42,146 nt of DNA, taken from positions 1 through 42,146 of the forward strand of contig CAXBKC010000001.1 of NCBI GenBank assembly GCA_963975615.1, in the 5' to 3' direction. A program made the position numbers and the translations under genes. Below are positions 31,124 to 41,591 of this stretch, in pieces (positions within the stretch are counted from its first letter, which is position 1; each line of letters opens with the position of its first letter). This stretch comes from an uncultured Oleiphilus sp. Its GTDB lineage: Bacteria; Pseudomonadota; Gammaproteobacteria; Pseudomonadales; Oleiphilaceae. The notes below the pieces were generated by a model that was given only the letters and a program-made list of their open reading frames with translations, was not told the DNA's origin and searched no databases.

Positions 31124-33363
31124 TAATTAAGGCCTTCAACAGTAATATTCATACCCACTTCTTTTGCCAATTCAACAAAATTTGGAAATGAAGTTGCTAC
31201 ATTGGCACAATCTTCAATCTGAATATCACCCTCAGCCCTTAAAGAAGCTACTGCAAATGACATTGCTATTCGATGATCACTATGACTATGCACAATGCCA
31301 CCTTTCATACGACTACCTTTGATGACTATACCGTCCGGACGAACATCAGTACGCACACCAAGTTGAGCCAAACCATCTGCCATCACTTGAATACGGTCAC
31401 TCTCTTTTACTCGTAGTTCTTCAGCACCCGTTAATACCGTTTCACCCTCGGCGCAGACAGCCGCAATAAATAACACAGGAAATTCGTCAATAGCTAAAGG
31501 CACCTGATCTTCTGGTATATGGATACCTTTAAGTGGAGCATACTTAACACGAACATCACCAACTGGCTCACCACCCACTTCTTTTTTATTAGAAATAGTA
31601 ATATCCGCTCCCATCAATTTTAGAATATTGATGACACCAACACGCGTTGGGTTAAGCCCAACATGCTCGAGAGTGATATCTGCGTCTGGTGTAATTGAAG
31701 CCGCCACCATAAAAAAAGCCGCTGAAGATATATCTGCAGGCACATCGATTTTACCAGCAGTTAATGAACCGCCACCCTTAATTTTAGCAAGTGCACCATT
31801 ACGCTCTACCGGGTAACCAAAGCCATTTAACATTCTTTCAGTATGGTCACGCGTAGGAGCAGGCTCAGAAACAAGCGTTTCACCTTCAGCATACATACCA
31901 GCCAAAAGAATGCAGGATTTAACCTGGGCACTTGCCATCGGCATATCATAGTGTATGCCTTTTAGCGGAGCGCCACCCTTGATCTTTAATGGAGGCCGAC
32001 CGCCTTCTGCTGACTCTATCTGCGCACCCATTAACCTCAAAGGACCGGCCACCCTTTCCATTGGTCTTTTTGTTAAAGACTCATCACCCACCAGATCTGT
32101 ATCAAATTTCTGCCCTGCCAATAAGCCAGCAAAAAGCCGCATACCTGTACCAGAATTACCTAAGTAAATTGGACCAGGCGGTTTCTTCAATCCATGCAAG
32201 CCGACACCATAAATCTTGACCTTCCCTTGATTCGGGCCTTCAATCACCACCCCCATATCACGGAAAGCCTGCAAAGTAGCTAAACTATCTTCACCTTCCA
32301 AAAAACCTTCTACTTCAGTGATGCCATCAGCTAATGCGCCCAACATAATTGAACGATGAGAAATAGATTTATCACCTGCCACACGAATAGATCCCTTAAC
32401 AGAACCACCCGATTTCATTTTAAACGTTACATTATTTGTATTCATGGTATTGGTATATGACTGTCCAGATAAGATTTTAGTAAAATGTTCTCTCGCAGCT
32501 TTTGCTCGGGTAAAGACCCCTAATAAACGCTGACTATCTTTGTCTTCAATTGCTTTTCGTAAATAATTTAAGTCTTGACTAAAATGATCTAACACTTTTA
32601 GCAAGGCATCCTGATTTGCTAAAAAGATATCATGCCACATAAGCGGATCACTTGCGGCAATTCGGGTAAAGTCACGAAACCCTCCGGCAGCATATCGAAA
32701 AATTTCTTGGCTATCTTCTTCACCCGCCAAGGTATCAACCAATGAAAAAGCAATAAGATGCGGTAAATGACTAGTAGCCGCTAATACTTCGTCATGATGC
32801 TCCACAGTCATTTCAAGAACAGTAGAGCCTGCAGCTTCCCACATAGTTCTAACAAGTTGAACAGCATTCTCCGAAGAAAACTCATGTGGAGTCAGTATGA
32901 CCTTATGATTTTTAAATAGATTTTCATTTGCAGCCAATACGCCATTTTTTTCCGAACCAGCAATCGGGTGACCAGGCACAACAAAAGACGGTAGAACACC
33001 AAATACAGCTTTAACCGCTTCGAGAAAACAGCCCTTTACACTACCCACATCGGTAATAATTGCGCTTTCTTTTAGATAAGGTTTAACGTCAGCCAATACA
33101 CTTTCAAACGCTTTAACGGGAACGGCTATGATGACTACATCAGCATTTGAAACTGCCTGCTCAATTGATCGGGCAGCCTCATCAACAACACCCAATTCAA
33201 CCCCTAAAGAAGCTTCAGCAAAATTAAGACTATAACCGATGGTATGTTTTGCAAAACCCGAGAGCCGGGACGATTTAGCTATCGAACCGCCAATCAAGCC
33301 CAAACCAATAATCGCCATCACATCTACTTGTTGAGTAAGCTTATCCACACTAACAGACCTCAA
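31123..33363 (-). CDS. aroA: Bifunctional prephenate/arogenate dehydrogenase - 3-phosphoshikimate 1-carboxyvinyltransferase (TyrA-AroA fusion)
   Basis: The N-terminal half has the Rossmann motif [10 protein letters not shown] and the TyrA core (GSVK...HPIAG). The C-terminal half is EPSP synthase ([30 protein letters not shown]). The same fusion occurs in Pseudomonas (PA3164). The start is ambiguous: TTG 33363 overlapping the hisC stop, or ATG 33318. Confidence 0.92.
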   Translation of the reverse strand: MRSVSVDKLTQQVDVMAIIGLGLIGGSIAKSSRLSGFAKHTIGYSLNFAEASLGVELGVVDEAARSIEQAVSNADVVIIAVPVKAFESVLADVKPYLKESAIITDVGSVKGCFLEAVKAVFGVLPSFVVPGHPIAGSEKNGVLAANENLFKNHKVILTPHEFSSENAVQLVRTMWEAAGSTVLEMTVEHHDEVLAATSHLPHLIAFSLVDTLAGEEDSQEIFRYAAGGFRDFTRIAASDPLMWHDIFLANQDALLKVLDHFSQDLNYLRKAIEDKDSQRLLGVFTRAKAAREHFTKILSGQSYTNTMNTNNVTFKMKSGGSVKGSIRVAGDKSISHRSIMLGALADGITEVEGFLEGEDSLATLQAFRDMGVVIEGPNQGKVKIYGVGLHGLKKPPGPIYLGNSGTGMRLFAGLLAGQKFDTDLVGDESLTKRPMERVAGPLRLMGAQIESAEGGRPPLKIKGGAPLKGIHYDMPMASAQVKSCILLAGMYAEGETLVSEPAPTRDHTERMLNGFGYPVERNGALAKIKGGGSLTAGKIDVPADISSAAFFMVAASITPDADITLEHVGLNPTRVGVINILKLMGADITISNKKEVGGEPVGDVRVKYAPLKGIHIPEDQVPLAIDEFPVLFIAAVCAEGETVLTGAEELRVKESDRIQVMADGLAQLGVRTDVRPDGIVIKGSRMKGGIVHSHSDHRIAMSFAVASLRAEGDIQIEDCANVATSFPNFVELAKEVGMNITVEGLN

Positions 33364-34544
33364 ACCAGCGCACTAAGTACAGTAGCTAATGATGATAGGA
33401 AACGTTCATTTTCTTCCGGCAGACCAATAGACACCCTCAAGAAGTCGGGCATTTTGTAATTTGAAAGTGGCCGAACAATGACCCCTTCTTTTAGTAACAG
33501 CTGGTACACATCTACGCCTGAATAATCTTTGTTATTCCCGCTTTTTGGATGGACATTAAAGGCTATAAAATTACCCTTTGAAGGAATATACGTCAAACCA
33601 AGCTTATCAAGCCCTTCTTCTATTTGATGCAGACCTTTACGATTCAACTCAACACCTTTCTCAAGGTACTCGCTATCAGTCAATGCTGCAGCAGCTCCAA
33701 CTAGAGCAAATAAATTCACATTAAAAGGCTGACGAACACGATTAATCATATCTGCAATTATCGGATTAGAGACGGCATAACCAACTCGCATTGAAGCAAG
33801 ACCCCAAGCCTTTGAAAAAGTTCGGGTAACGATAAGATTCGGGTAATTAATTAATAGATTCAAACCATCGGGAAACACGTCGTCTTTGATGTATTCGCCA
33901 TAAGCCTCATCCAAAACAACTAAGACATTATTAGGCACCAATTCCATAAATTGAATTAATTCTGATTTTGAAAATGCCGTACCGGTAGGGTTATTTGGGT
34001 TTGCCAAGAATATTAATTTGGTCTTGCTGGTAATTGCAGCACTAATTGCAGATAGATCGTGGCCCCAGTTCTTAGCCGCAACCTCAACAGCTTTGGCTCC
34101 GATAGCCTGAGTAACAATGGCATAAACAGCAAAGGCATATTCTGAAAAAATAACTTCATCAGCACTTCCGACAAATGCACGCGCAATTAACTCAAGTACG
34201 TCATTCGAACCGTTACCTAAAGTAAGCTGATTTAATTCTATTCGTTGTTTTTTCTGGGCGTAAAAATCGACTAAGGCCTTTTTCAAGACATAGCCATTAC
34301 CATCTGGGTAGCGAGCACCTTCTTTTAATACAGACTGTATTGCCTGAACCGTTTTGTCACTTAAACCCAAAGGATTTTCATTACTCGCCAACTTAACGAT
34401 ATTTGAAAGCCCTAATTCCCTCTGTAACTCTTCGATAGGCTTGCCGGGCAAGTAAGGATGAAGCGCCTGAACAGAAGGCAATGCAAGTGCAAAATAATCA
34501 CAGAAATTGTTTTCGTTTTCACCTAACGATGAACCACTCATCAA
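33360..34544 (-). CDS. hisC: Histidinol-phosphate / aromatic aminotransferase
   Basis: Class II aminotransferase motifs: LASNENPLG, NPNNPTG, and the PLP lysine in TFSKAWGLASMRVGY. The TTG start overlaps the pheA stop by 4 nt. Confidence 0.9.
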   Translation of the reverse strand: MMSGSSLGENENNFCDYFALALPSVQALHPYLPGKPIEELQRELGLSNIVKLASNENPLGLSDKTVQAIQSVLKEGARYPDGNGYVLKKALVDFYAQKKQRIELNQLTLGNGSNDVLELIARAFVGSADEVIFSEYAFAVYAIVTQAIGAKAVEVAAKNWGHDLSAISAAITSKTKLIFLANPNNPTGTAFSKSELIQFMELVPNNVLVVLDEAYGEYIKDDVFPDGLNLLINYPNLIVTRTFSKAWGLASMRVGYAVSNPIIADMINRVRQPFNVNLFALVGAAAALTDSEYLEKGVELNRKGLHQIEEGLDKLGLTYIPSKGNFIAFNVHPKSGNNKDYSGVDVYQLLLKEGVIVRPLSNYKMPDFLRVSIGLPEENERFLSSLATVLSALV

Positions 34545-35581
34545 AGCACTCCAACAGGATAGGAACCTAAATGCTTCACCTCAACTACCTCTGGTGAGAC
34601 TTGACGAATAACCCTCTGCACTTTCTCATCATCAATATGCCCTTCAAAATCAATAAAAAAGACATATGACCACGTACCAGAAGTTGACGGCCGTGTTTCT
34701 ATTCGAGTAAGACTTAGATTTTCTTTATGAAAAGGCTCTAGTAGATGATATAAAGCACCTGGTTTATTTTTTACAGAAACCATAACGGATGTTTTATCTT
34801 TCCCACTAGCAGGGATAACCTGGCTACCAATGATTAAAAATCGAGTTGTATTATCCGGCTGATCTTCAATATTTTCTGCACACTTAATCAAGCCATAAAG
34901 CTCTGCCGCCATATCACCTGCGATAGCCACTGTTCCTTTTTCAGCCTTCGCAAGACGAGCAGCTTCAGCATTACTACTGACAGCAACACGCTCAATTTGA
35001 GGGCAATTAGCATCTAACCATTTTCGACATTGCGCCAAAGATTGCTGATGCGAATAAACCCGCTTTACCAACTTAATATCATCGCAAATATCTGCTGACA
35101 AAAGATGATGGTGAATTCTTAACTTCACCTCTCCTGCAATAAACAAACGCGAATTAATAAAGCTATCGAGCGTATGATTAACCATCCCTTCCGTTGAGTT
35201 TTCGACAGGGACAACACCATAATTAGCCTGACCAGATTCAACCTCACGGAAGACCTCATCAATGGCAGCCATCGGCTGAACTTGCACAAAGTGCCCGAAA
35301 TGCTTCAAAGCAGCAGCGTGAGTATAAGTGCCTTCAGGCCCCAAAAAAGCGACCTTCATAGGCTTTTCAAGCGCCAAACAGCAAGACATGATCTCTCTAA
35401 AGAGCTTAGCCATATCCTCAGCAGGCAAAGGCCCAGTATTTCTTTCCATTACAGTGCGTAAAACCTGAGCTTCACGCTCAGGCCGATAATACTGAACATC
35501 TTTTCCATCTGCAGCCAACTGCTTAACATCAGCCACACGCTGCGCGCACTCGGCGCGCTTATTGATTAATATTTTCAGCAC
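34541..35581 (-). CDS. pheA: Chorismate mutase / prephenate dehydratase (P-protein); N-terminally short chorismate mutase domain
   Basis: Collinear with recalled Pseudomonas PheA from ...LISERARCAQEVARVK onward: [48 protein letters not shown], and ACT IETRPS. About 20 N-terminal residues of the AroQ domain are absent. The GTG start lies inside the gyrA 3' end, with an in-frame TAG four codons upstream. Confidence 0.88.
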   Translation of the reverse strand: MLKILINKRAECAQRVADVKQLAADGKDVQYYRPEREAQVLRTVMERNTGPLPAEDMAKLFREIMSCCLALEKPMKVAFLGPEGTYTHAAALKHFGHFVQVQPMAAIDEVFREVESGQANYGVVPVENSTEGMVNHTLDSFINSRLFIAGEVKLRIHHHLLSADICDDIKLVKRVYSHQQSLAQCRKWLDANCPQIERVAVSSNAEAARLAKAEKGTVAIAGDMAAELYGLIKCAENIEDQPDNTTRFLIIGSQVIPASGKDKTSVMVSVKNKPGALYHLLEPFHKENLSLTRIETRPSTSGTWSYVFFIDFEGHIDDEKVQRVIRQVSPEVVEVKHLGSYPVGVL

Positions 35582-38012
35582 CCGCTTCAGCCTCTATATC
35601 AGCATTAACTTCAACACCGCCTTCAATACCGGCTATGTCATCAAGCTCGCTAACGCTAGGCTCATCAACACGCTCAACACCAACTAAGTGTTCATTTTCT
35701 TGAGATAACTTAATCAACCTAACACCTTGTGTATTTCTACCCAAGATTGAGATTTCTTCAGTTCGCGTTCTAACCAAAGTGCCTTTATCGGTGATCAACA
35801 TAAGCTCATCACCTTCTTTAACCTGCACACCTGACACCAACAAACCATTACGATCAGAACACTGCATTGCGATCACACCCTGACCACCACGACCAATAAC
35901 ATTGAACTCATCCATGCGAGTGCGCTTACCGTAGCCATTTTCACTGACAACCAACAATAAACCATCTTCTTCAGGTAGCATTAATGATACAACTCGGAAT
36001 TCTTTGGCCATTTTAATGCCTCTAACGCCGCGCGCTGTTCTTCCCATCGCACGCACATTAGATTCATGGAAGCGAATCATTTTTCCAGAGTTACTCATTA
36101 ACATAATATCTTTAGTGCCATCAGTAATGGCTGCACCAATTAAAGTATCACCTTCATCTAGACCTAGCGCAATCAAACCACTTGAACGTGGACGCGCAAA
36201 ACTCTCTAGCGGTGTTTTCTTAACAGTACCATTAGATGTCGCCATGAAGATAAAGTGATCTTCAGTGTACTCATTCACTGGTAAGAAAGTAGTGACTCTT
36301 TCGCCTTCATCCAGAGGAAGAATATTCACCATTGGTCGGCCGCGAGAACCACGACTTGCCTGAGGAATTTCAAACACTCTTAACCAATAAACTTTACCCT
36401 TATTGGTAAAGCATAAAATTGTGTCATGTGAGTTAGCGACTAATAACTTTTCGATGAAATCTTCATCTTTCATCGAAGTAGCAGACTTTCCTCGGCCACC
36501 GCGACGTTGAGCTTGATAATCTTCAACTGGCTGAGTTTTCGCATAACCGCCATGAGAAATCGTAACCACCAAGTCTTCTTCAGTAATTAGATCAGCAATC
36601 GTTAAGTCTCGCTTAGATGAAATGATCTCTGAACGACGCTCATCACCATATTCTTCTAAAACTTCTTCTAACTCTTCACGAATAACCTGCATTAGACGAA
36701 CAGGATCACTCAAGATGGATAAGAATCCAGCGATTCTATCTAAAATCTCTTTATATTCACTGATAAGCTTTTCAGTTTCTAAACCCGTTAAACGATGCAA
36801 ACGCATGTTTAAAATTTCTTGAGCCTGTACAGGTGAAAGGTAGTATTTCCCATCACGCATACCATATTGCGGCTCAAGATCATCAGGACGACATGCATCT
36901 TCACCTGCTCTTTCAAGCATGACAGTCACATCACCAGGATTCCACGCTTGCGCTAGAAGCTCTTCTTTTGCTTCTGCTGAAGAAGGTGACTTTTTAATCA
37001 GCGCGATAACCGGATCAATATTTGCTAGCGCTACCGTTAAGCCCTCTAATATATGACCTCTTTCTCTTGCTTTACGAAGCAAGTAAACAGTACGCCTAGT
37101 TACTACCTCACGACGGTGCTTAACGAATATTTCTAGCGCTTGCTTTAGGTTAATCGTTTTAGGCTCGCCATCAACAAGCGCAACCATATTTATACCGAAA
37201 ACGTTTTCAAACTGGGTTTGGGTATACAAGTTGTTCATTACAACTTCAGCCATTTCACCTCGACGCAGCTCAATAACAATACGCATACCTTCTTTATTAG
37301 ACTCATCACGCAAGCCAGTGATGCCTTCAATTTTCTTATCTTTAACTAGCTCGGCTATCTTCTCTATCACACGCGCTTTATTGACTTGATAAGGAATTTC
37401 GGTAACAACTATTCTCTCTTTACCGTTTGCTTCTTGTTCAATTTCATAACGCGCCCGAAGATATATTTTACCCCTACCTGTCTGGTAAGCCTGGACAATA
37501 CCGGCTCGACCATTAATAAAAGCAGCTGTTGGGAAGTCCGGCCCTGGAATTTGTTCCGTACCATCATAGTTAGGTACAAAATTGACGGTCTCTTTATCTA
37601 AGTCCGCAAGTAAGGAGTGAGCCAACTTCTGCATACGAATTTCGGTATAACGCATGGCAGCTGGATTATCACCGTCAATCGAACCAAAGTTTCCTTGACC
37701 ATCAACGAGCATGTATCGCAAAGAGAAAGGCTGTGCCATCCGGACGATGGTGTCGTAGACTGCCGAATCGCCATGTGGGTGATACTTACCTATAACGTCG
37801 CCGACAACACGGGCTGACTTTTTATAAGCTTTATTCCAGTCGTTGCCTAGCTCACTCATAGCAAATAGCACACGACGATGTACCGGTTTTAAACCATCCC
37901 GTGCATCCGGCAATGCTCGCCCGACGATAACACTCATCGCGTAATCTAGATAAGATTGCTTTAATTCATCTTCAATACTTACGGGAATAATTTCTTGCGC
38001 TTGATAACCCAT
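35559..38012 (-). CDS. gyrA: DNA gyrase subunit A, carrying an in-frame internal deletion of about 57 codons relative to canonical GyrA
   Basis: Near-identical blocks to E. coli GyrA: [16 protein letters not shown], the [27 protein letters not shown] (Ser83/Asp87 wild type), the catalytic Tyr in AAMRYTE, and the GyrA-box region [17 protein letters not shown] is joined directly to [13 protein letters not shown]. 817 aa versus about 875. Confidence 0.93.
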   Translation of the reverse strand: MGYQAQEIIPVSIEDELKQSYLDYAMSVIVGRALPDARDGLKPVHRRVLFAMSELGNDWNKAYKKSARVVGDVIGKYHPHGDSAVYDTIVRMAQPFSLRYMLVDGQGNFGSIDGDNPAAMRYTEIRMQKLAHSLLADLDKETVNFVPNYDGTEQIPGPDFPTAAFINGRAGIVQAYQTGRGKIYLRARYEIEQEANGKERIVVTEIPYQVNKARVIEKIAELVKDKKIEGITGLRDESNKEGMRIVIELRRGEMAEVVMNNLYTQTQFENVFGINMVALVDGEPKTINLKQALEIFVKHRREVVTRRTVYLLRKARERGHILEGLTVALANIDPVIALIKKSPSSAEAKEELLAQAWNPGDVTVMLERAGEDACRPDDLEPQYGMRDGKYYLSPVQAQEILNMRLHRLTGLETEKLISEYKEILDRIAGFLSILSDPVRLMQVIREELEEVLEEYGDERRSEIISSKRDLTIADLITEEDLVVTISHGGYAKTQPVEDYQAQRRGGRGKSATSMKDEDFIEKLLVANSHDTILCFTNKGKVYWLRVFEIPQASRGSRGRPMVNILPLDEGERVTTFLPVNEYTEDHFIFMATSNGTVKKTPLESFARPRSSGLIALGLDEGDTLIGAAITDGTKDIMLMSNSGKMIRFHESNVRAMGRTARGVRGIKMAKEFRVVSLMLPEEDGLLLVVSENGYGKRTRMDEFNVIGRGGQGVIAMQCSDRNGLLVSGVQVKEGDELMLITDKGTLVRTRTEEISILGRNTQGVRLIKLSQENEHLVGVERVDEPSVSELDDIAGIEGGVEVNADIEAEAGAENINQ

Positions 38013-38223
38013 ATGGACGGCGTTCCTATTTATTCTGATTATTAAAATAAAGCTCGCGATTCTAACATATTTAGATTTGTAATAGTGATCAATATTAAGC
38101 TTTTATCAACCAAAAACTGGTGTCTAATAAAAGAGCTACTAAGCTTGAGATATTAAGGCACAATCTGCCTATAACTAAGAGCAAATAACGACGAAGTAAC
38201 TCGCCTATTATTCTCACTCAAAC

Positions 38224-39492
38224 ATGAAAACAACTCACAAAATGAAAAAATACTTACTCGTAGAAGACAGCCAAACTGTTGTCAAAATAATTAAACACAT
38301 AACAAAGTCTATTAACGGCTTTGATTATGATATCGCCACATCCTTTGAAAGCGCAAAAACACTCATAGAAAAAAATGGCCCAAATTATTATTTTGTGGCT
38401 GTTGTCGATTTAAACCTTCCCGACGCCCCAAATGGTGAAGTAGTAGATTTCACCATAAAACAAAAAATACCTACGATTGTATTAACAGGGACATTCGACG
38501 AAGAAAAACGTGATGCAATGCTTAGTAAAAAAATTGTGGATTATGTCATCAAAGAAAGTCGCTTTTCCTACGAATACGTAATGAAGCTAATTCAACGACT
38601 TTCCAAGAACCAAGACATTAAAATACTCGTTGCAGATGACTCGAAAATGTCACGTAATTATATTCGCGACTTATTACAAACGCACCGCTATAACGTCATT
38701 ACCGCTGACGATGGCGATACCGCACTTGAATTATTAGAACAACACCCAGATACAAAACTACTCATAACAGATTACAACATGCCTAGAATGAATGGCTTTG
38801 AGCTAGTTAAAAGCATTCGTCGCGAAATCAGTAAAAATGACTTAGTCATTATCGGCCTATCCGGAGAAGGTAGTGGTAAATTAACCGCTAAGTTCATCAA
38901 AAATGGCGCGAATGATTTTCTAAACAAACCATTCAGCCATGAGGAGTTTCACTGCCGCATCATGCATAATATTGAAAGCCTAGAGCATGCATTAAGGTTA
39001 AAACAGCTTGCTTTTCACGACCATACTAGCGGCTTACCTAATAAACAAAAATTCCTCTTGGATACAGAAATAGAGCTGAATAATGCTCACGATCATAATA
39101 CTCCCGTTAGCTTAGCTCTCATTTCAATAGACCAACTTAGCAATCTAGAAAATAAATATGGCTTAGATGCAACAGATGCCATAATGAAAAGCCTAGCCAC
39201 AACAATAAACAAGGCATTTGCACGCTTTAGCTATTCAAGATTAAGTGACGCCAATGTCGCCGTGCTACTCACAGGCCTATCGCTAGAGCAAGCAAAAAAA
39301 CTAATCGAAAGCTTTAGAACCTTAATAGAAGGTCAAATTGTCTTAATGGATCAGATTAGCTTTAACTTCACAATATCTTCTGGTGTGACCCAGGACAATA
39401 AAGCAAACATCAAAGACCTTCTCAGACAAGCCGATAATAGGTTATATTTAGCAAAGGAGAATGGAGGCAACGTAGTTTGGAGCGAAGATTAA
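38224..39492 (+). CDS. PleD-like response regulator: REC - REC - degenerate GGDEF domain
   Basis: REC1 is LLVEDS...VVDLNLPD...LTG. REC2 is ILVADDS...LITDYNMPRMNG...NKP. The C-terminal GGDEF fold (HDHTSGLPNKQKF, LISIDQL) has RLSDANVAVLL (aa 339-349) where GG(D/E)EF is expected. The start could be ATG 38224 or ATG 38242 (MKKYLLVEDS). Confidence 0.85.
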   Translation: MKTTHKMKKYLLVEDSQTVVKIIKHITKSINGFDYDIATSFESAKTLIEKNGPNYYFVAVVDLNLPDAPNGEVVDFTIKQKIPTIVLTGTFDEEKRDAMLSKKIVDYVIKESRFSYEYVMKLIQRLSKNQDIKILVADDSKMSRNYIRDLLQTHRYNVITADDGDTALELLEQHPDTKLLITDYNMPRMNGFELVKSIRREISKNDLVIIGLSGEGSGKLTAKFIKNGANDFLNKPFSHEEFHCRIMHNIESLEHALRLKQLAFHDHTSGLPNKQKFLLDTEIELNNAHDHNTPVSLALISIDQLSNLENKYGLDATDAIMKSLATTINKAFARFSYSRLSDANVAVLLTGLSLEQAKKLIESFRTLIEGQIVLMDQISFNFTISSGVTQDNKANIKDLLRQADNRLYLAKENGGNVVWSED

Positions 39493-39591
39493 CCTTCAAA
39501 AAACTAAACTAGGTTAAATTTTGCGTTTTTCACTAATAAAAACAACAGAAACGACCCCTAAGTAAATCTAACAAAAGGCAGAACAATAAAT

Positions 39592-39807
39592 ATGAATACA
39601 AACACAACTCCCTGGTATAAAAGCCAACCCGAATACTTTACTGGTGCTCTTTTCGGGCTAATCACTCTAGATATTTTTATGTTTTTAATTCACTGCATTA
39701 CAGAAAAAACACTAACAGGCTACGGCCTCGGCTCTCTTGCTATTACCATTCCCATTGCTTTAGTTTGCTACTTTCAATACATCTACTCGAATCAAGAACC
39801 GCACTAA
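39592..39807 (+). CDS. Small hypothetical membrane protein (71 aa, two predicted TM helices)
   Basis: Intergenic ORF with two hydrophobic segments (ALFGLITLDIFMFLIHCI and LGSLAITIPIALVCYFQYIY). A strong terminator follows directly. Weak RBS. No homolog recognised. Confidence 0.45.
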   Translation: MNTNTTPWYKSQPEYFTGALFGLITLDIFMFLIHCITEKTLTGYGLGSLAITIPIALVCYFQYIYSNQEPH

Positions 39808-39823
39808 TTTCAAATTTAAACCT

Positions 39824-39854
39824 AAAAAGGGGCCTAACCAAGGCCCCTTTTTTA
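39824..39854. terminator. Bidirectional rho-independent terminator between convergent genes
   Basis: GGGGCC (39829-39834) / GGCCCC (39842-39847), a perfect 6-bp GC stem with a 7-nt loop. A5 lies upstream and T7 downstream. Confidence 0.8.
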
Positions 39855-39877
39855 TACGTATCACATATCAAGCTTTG

Positions 39878-41473
39878 CTAACTACTTTGTTTCCTAGGCC
39901 AAACCAAGCTGAATTTTGCGCCACCCATGCTACTTCGGCCTAAAAATGCCTGCCCGCCATGCCAATACAAAATTCTTCTGACAATAGACAAACCAAGACC
40001 ATATCCACCAGAACTACGAGTACGACTATCATCGAGCCTTGAGAATGGTGTAAATACAGACTCCCATTGATCTTCCGGAATACCTGAACCATCATCTTCA
40101 ACATCAATTCGGCAAGTCTCAGCATCAAAAGAACACACTACTTTGACACGAGAGTTTGCATAACGCTTAGCATTTCCAACTAAATTTTGAATCGATCTAT
40201 GAATATAACGCGCTTCAACATCTGATTCCTTCCACACCTCAGAATCATTCTTAAATTCTGAAGTAATTTCAATCTCAGGCTTATCACTACTTTGCTCAGC
40301 CACAACCTGAGAAACAATAGCCGCAACATCCGCTTGCTGAAAGGCCAAAACAGGCCCTCCTTGCTCTAAGCGTGCATAGGTCAATATTTCGTCTATAAGC
40401 TCATCCAATTCCTGAATATCACCATCAATCCCTTTCACCTGCTTTTGAACAGACTCTGAGTTTTGGCAATCCTCAATCATCTGAACACCAAAACGAATTC
40501 TTGCAACAGGTGTTCTCAACTCATGCGAAACAGCATGGATCATTTCTTTTTGAACATACATTAAACGCTGAATATGATCAGCCATACTATTGAATGACAA
40601 ACCTAAGCGACTAATAGCATCCTCTTCACCAGCACTCGTTACACGCGCCTCTAACTCCCCTCTAGATATTCTACTAGCAGCTGTTTCAATGCTCCGAATA
40701 CGACGATCAAAACCCTGAACAAATGAAAGCGCAAGAAGCGTAATAGACAAAATCAAACACAGGAGCAAAAATACAATTACAGGTAAAGAAAAGGCACTAT
40801 ATGATTCAGGTAAATTTATTTTAAATACACTACCAGTCGGCAAATTTAAATATAAAACTACGTCATCATTAGTTTCTACCTTCACATACCCATACCGTGC
40901 TAATTCCTCTAAGAGGAAAGAGGACTTTAATGGGTTTTCAGGTGTAACTAGCTCTAACTTAACATTTAAATTGGATTCTAAGTTCTGAACTTCTCTCCTG
41001 TAATCATCCGTCTCATATTCAAACTGATTCGTAATTAGCCTTAATCTGCTACTAAGAAGCCAAGCAACAAACTCGTAAATTTGATCACCTGCATACCCTG
41101 ATTCTAGCGTGACCACACTGGCCACTTCATCATTTGGCAGGCTTTCCAAAACGCTATTCGGAAAATATTGCTTAGCACTAATTCGTGCCCCAGTAAGTTC
41201 GACAATCAAGTCACCGGACTTTATCCGCCTAGCTATATGCCCTGAATAGTTTTCTGTATTATAATGGGATTTGAGTACACCACTCGGAAGGCGCTCTGAC
41301 TGAGAGATAATTGACTCATCACTTAAGTAAGAAAAATACGGCAACAAAAAATCATGCCAATAATGCTCTTCCCTAACCGAGTTAGTCACAGTTAAAACCA
41401 GCATACTAAAAAGGCCTAGAGCAAAAATAACCGCGACTAGGCCCAATAAAATTCGAACAAATATTTTACTCAA
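39878..41473 (-). CDS. Two-component sensor histidine kinase (TM - periplasmic domain - TM - HAMP - HisKA - HATPase)
   Basis: H-box HAVSHELRTPVARIRFG. N-box NLVGNAKRYA. G-boxes DDGSGIP and GGYGLGLSIV. Two TM segments bracket a sensor domain of about 200 aa. Downstream of an OmpR-family regulator. Confidence 0.9.
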   Translation of the reverse strand: MSKIFVRILLGLVAVIFALGLFSMLVLTVTNSVREEHYWHDFLLPYFSYLSDESIISQSERLPSGVLKSHYNTENYSGHIARRIKSGDLIVELTGARISAKQYFPNSVLESLPNDEVASVVTLESGYAGDQIYEFVAWLLSSRLRLITNQFEYETDDYRREVQNLESNLNVKLELVTPENPLKSSFLLEELARYGYVKVETNDDVVLYLNLPTGSVFKINLPESYSAFSLPVIVFLLLCLILSITLLALSFVQGFDRRIRSIETAASRISRGELEARVTSAGEEDAISRLGLSFNSMADHIQRLMYVQKEMIHAVSHELRTPVARIRFGVQMIEDCQNSESVQKQVKGIDGDIQELDELIDEILTYARLEQGGPVLAFQQADVAAIVSQVVAEQSSDKPEIEITSEFKNDSEVWKESDVEARYIHRSIQNLVGNAKRYANSRVKVVCSFDAETCRIDVEDDGSGIPEDQWESVFTPFSRLDDSRTRSSGGYGLGLSIVRRILYWHGGQAFLGRSSMGGAKFSLVWPRKQSS

Positions 41474-41591
41474 AATACTCTCTCATTAAGTAATGGTTAC
41501 AAAGCTTAATATTTACAGTCGATATAAACAAAAAAGTGGCAACAAATAAATCGTTACCACCTCATACTATTAATGCCCAGACTTAAAACAA

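Noticed and set aside
28637-37817. Numerous 60-105 aa plus-strand ORFs opposite rpsA, aroA, tyrA and gyrA, for example 28946-29263, 31955-32219, 36004-36258 and 37386-37817.
   Set aside because: All are embedded antisense in strongly conserved minus-strand genes. Their Ser/Pro/Arg-rich composition is what the complement of coding sequence would be expected to give.
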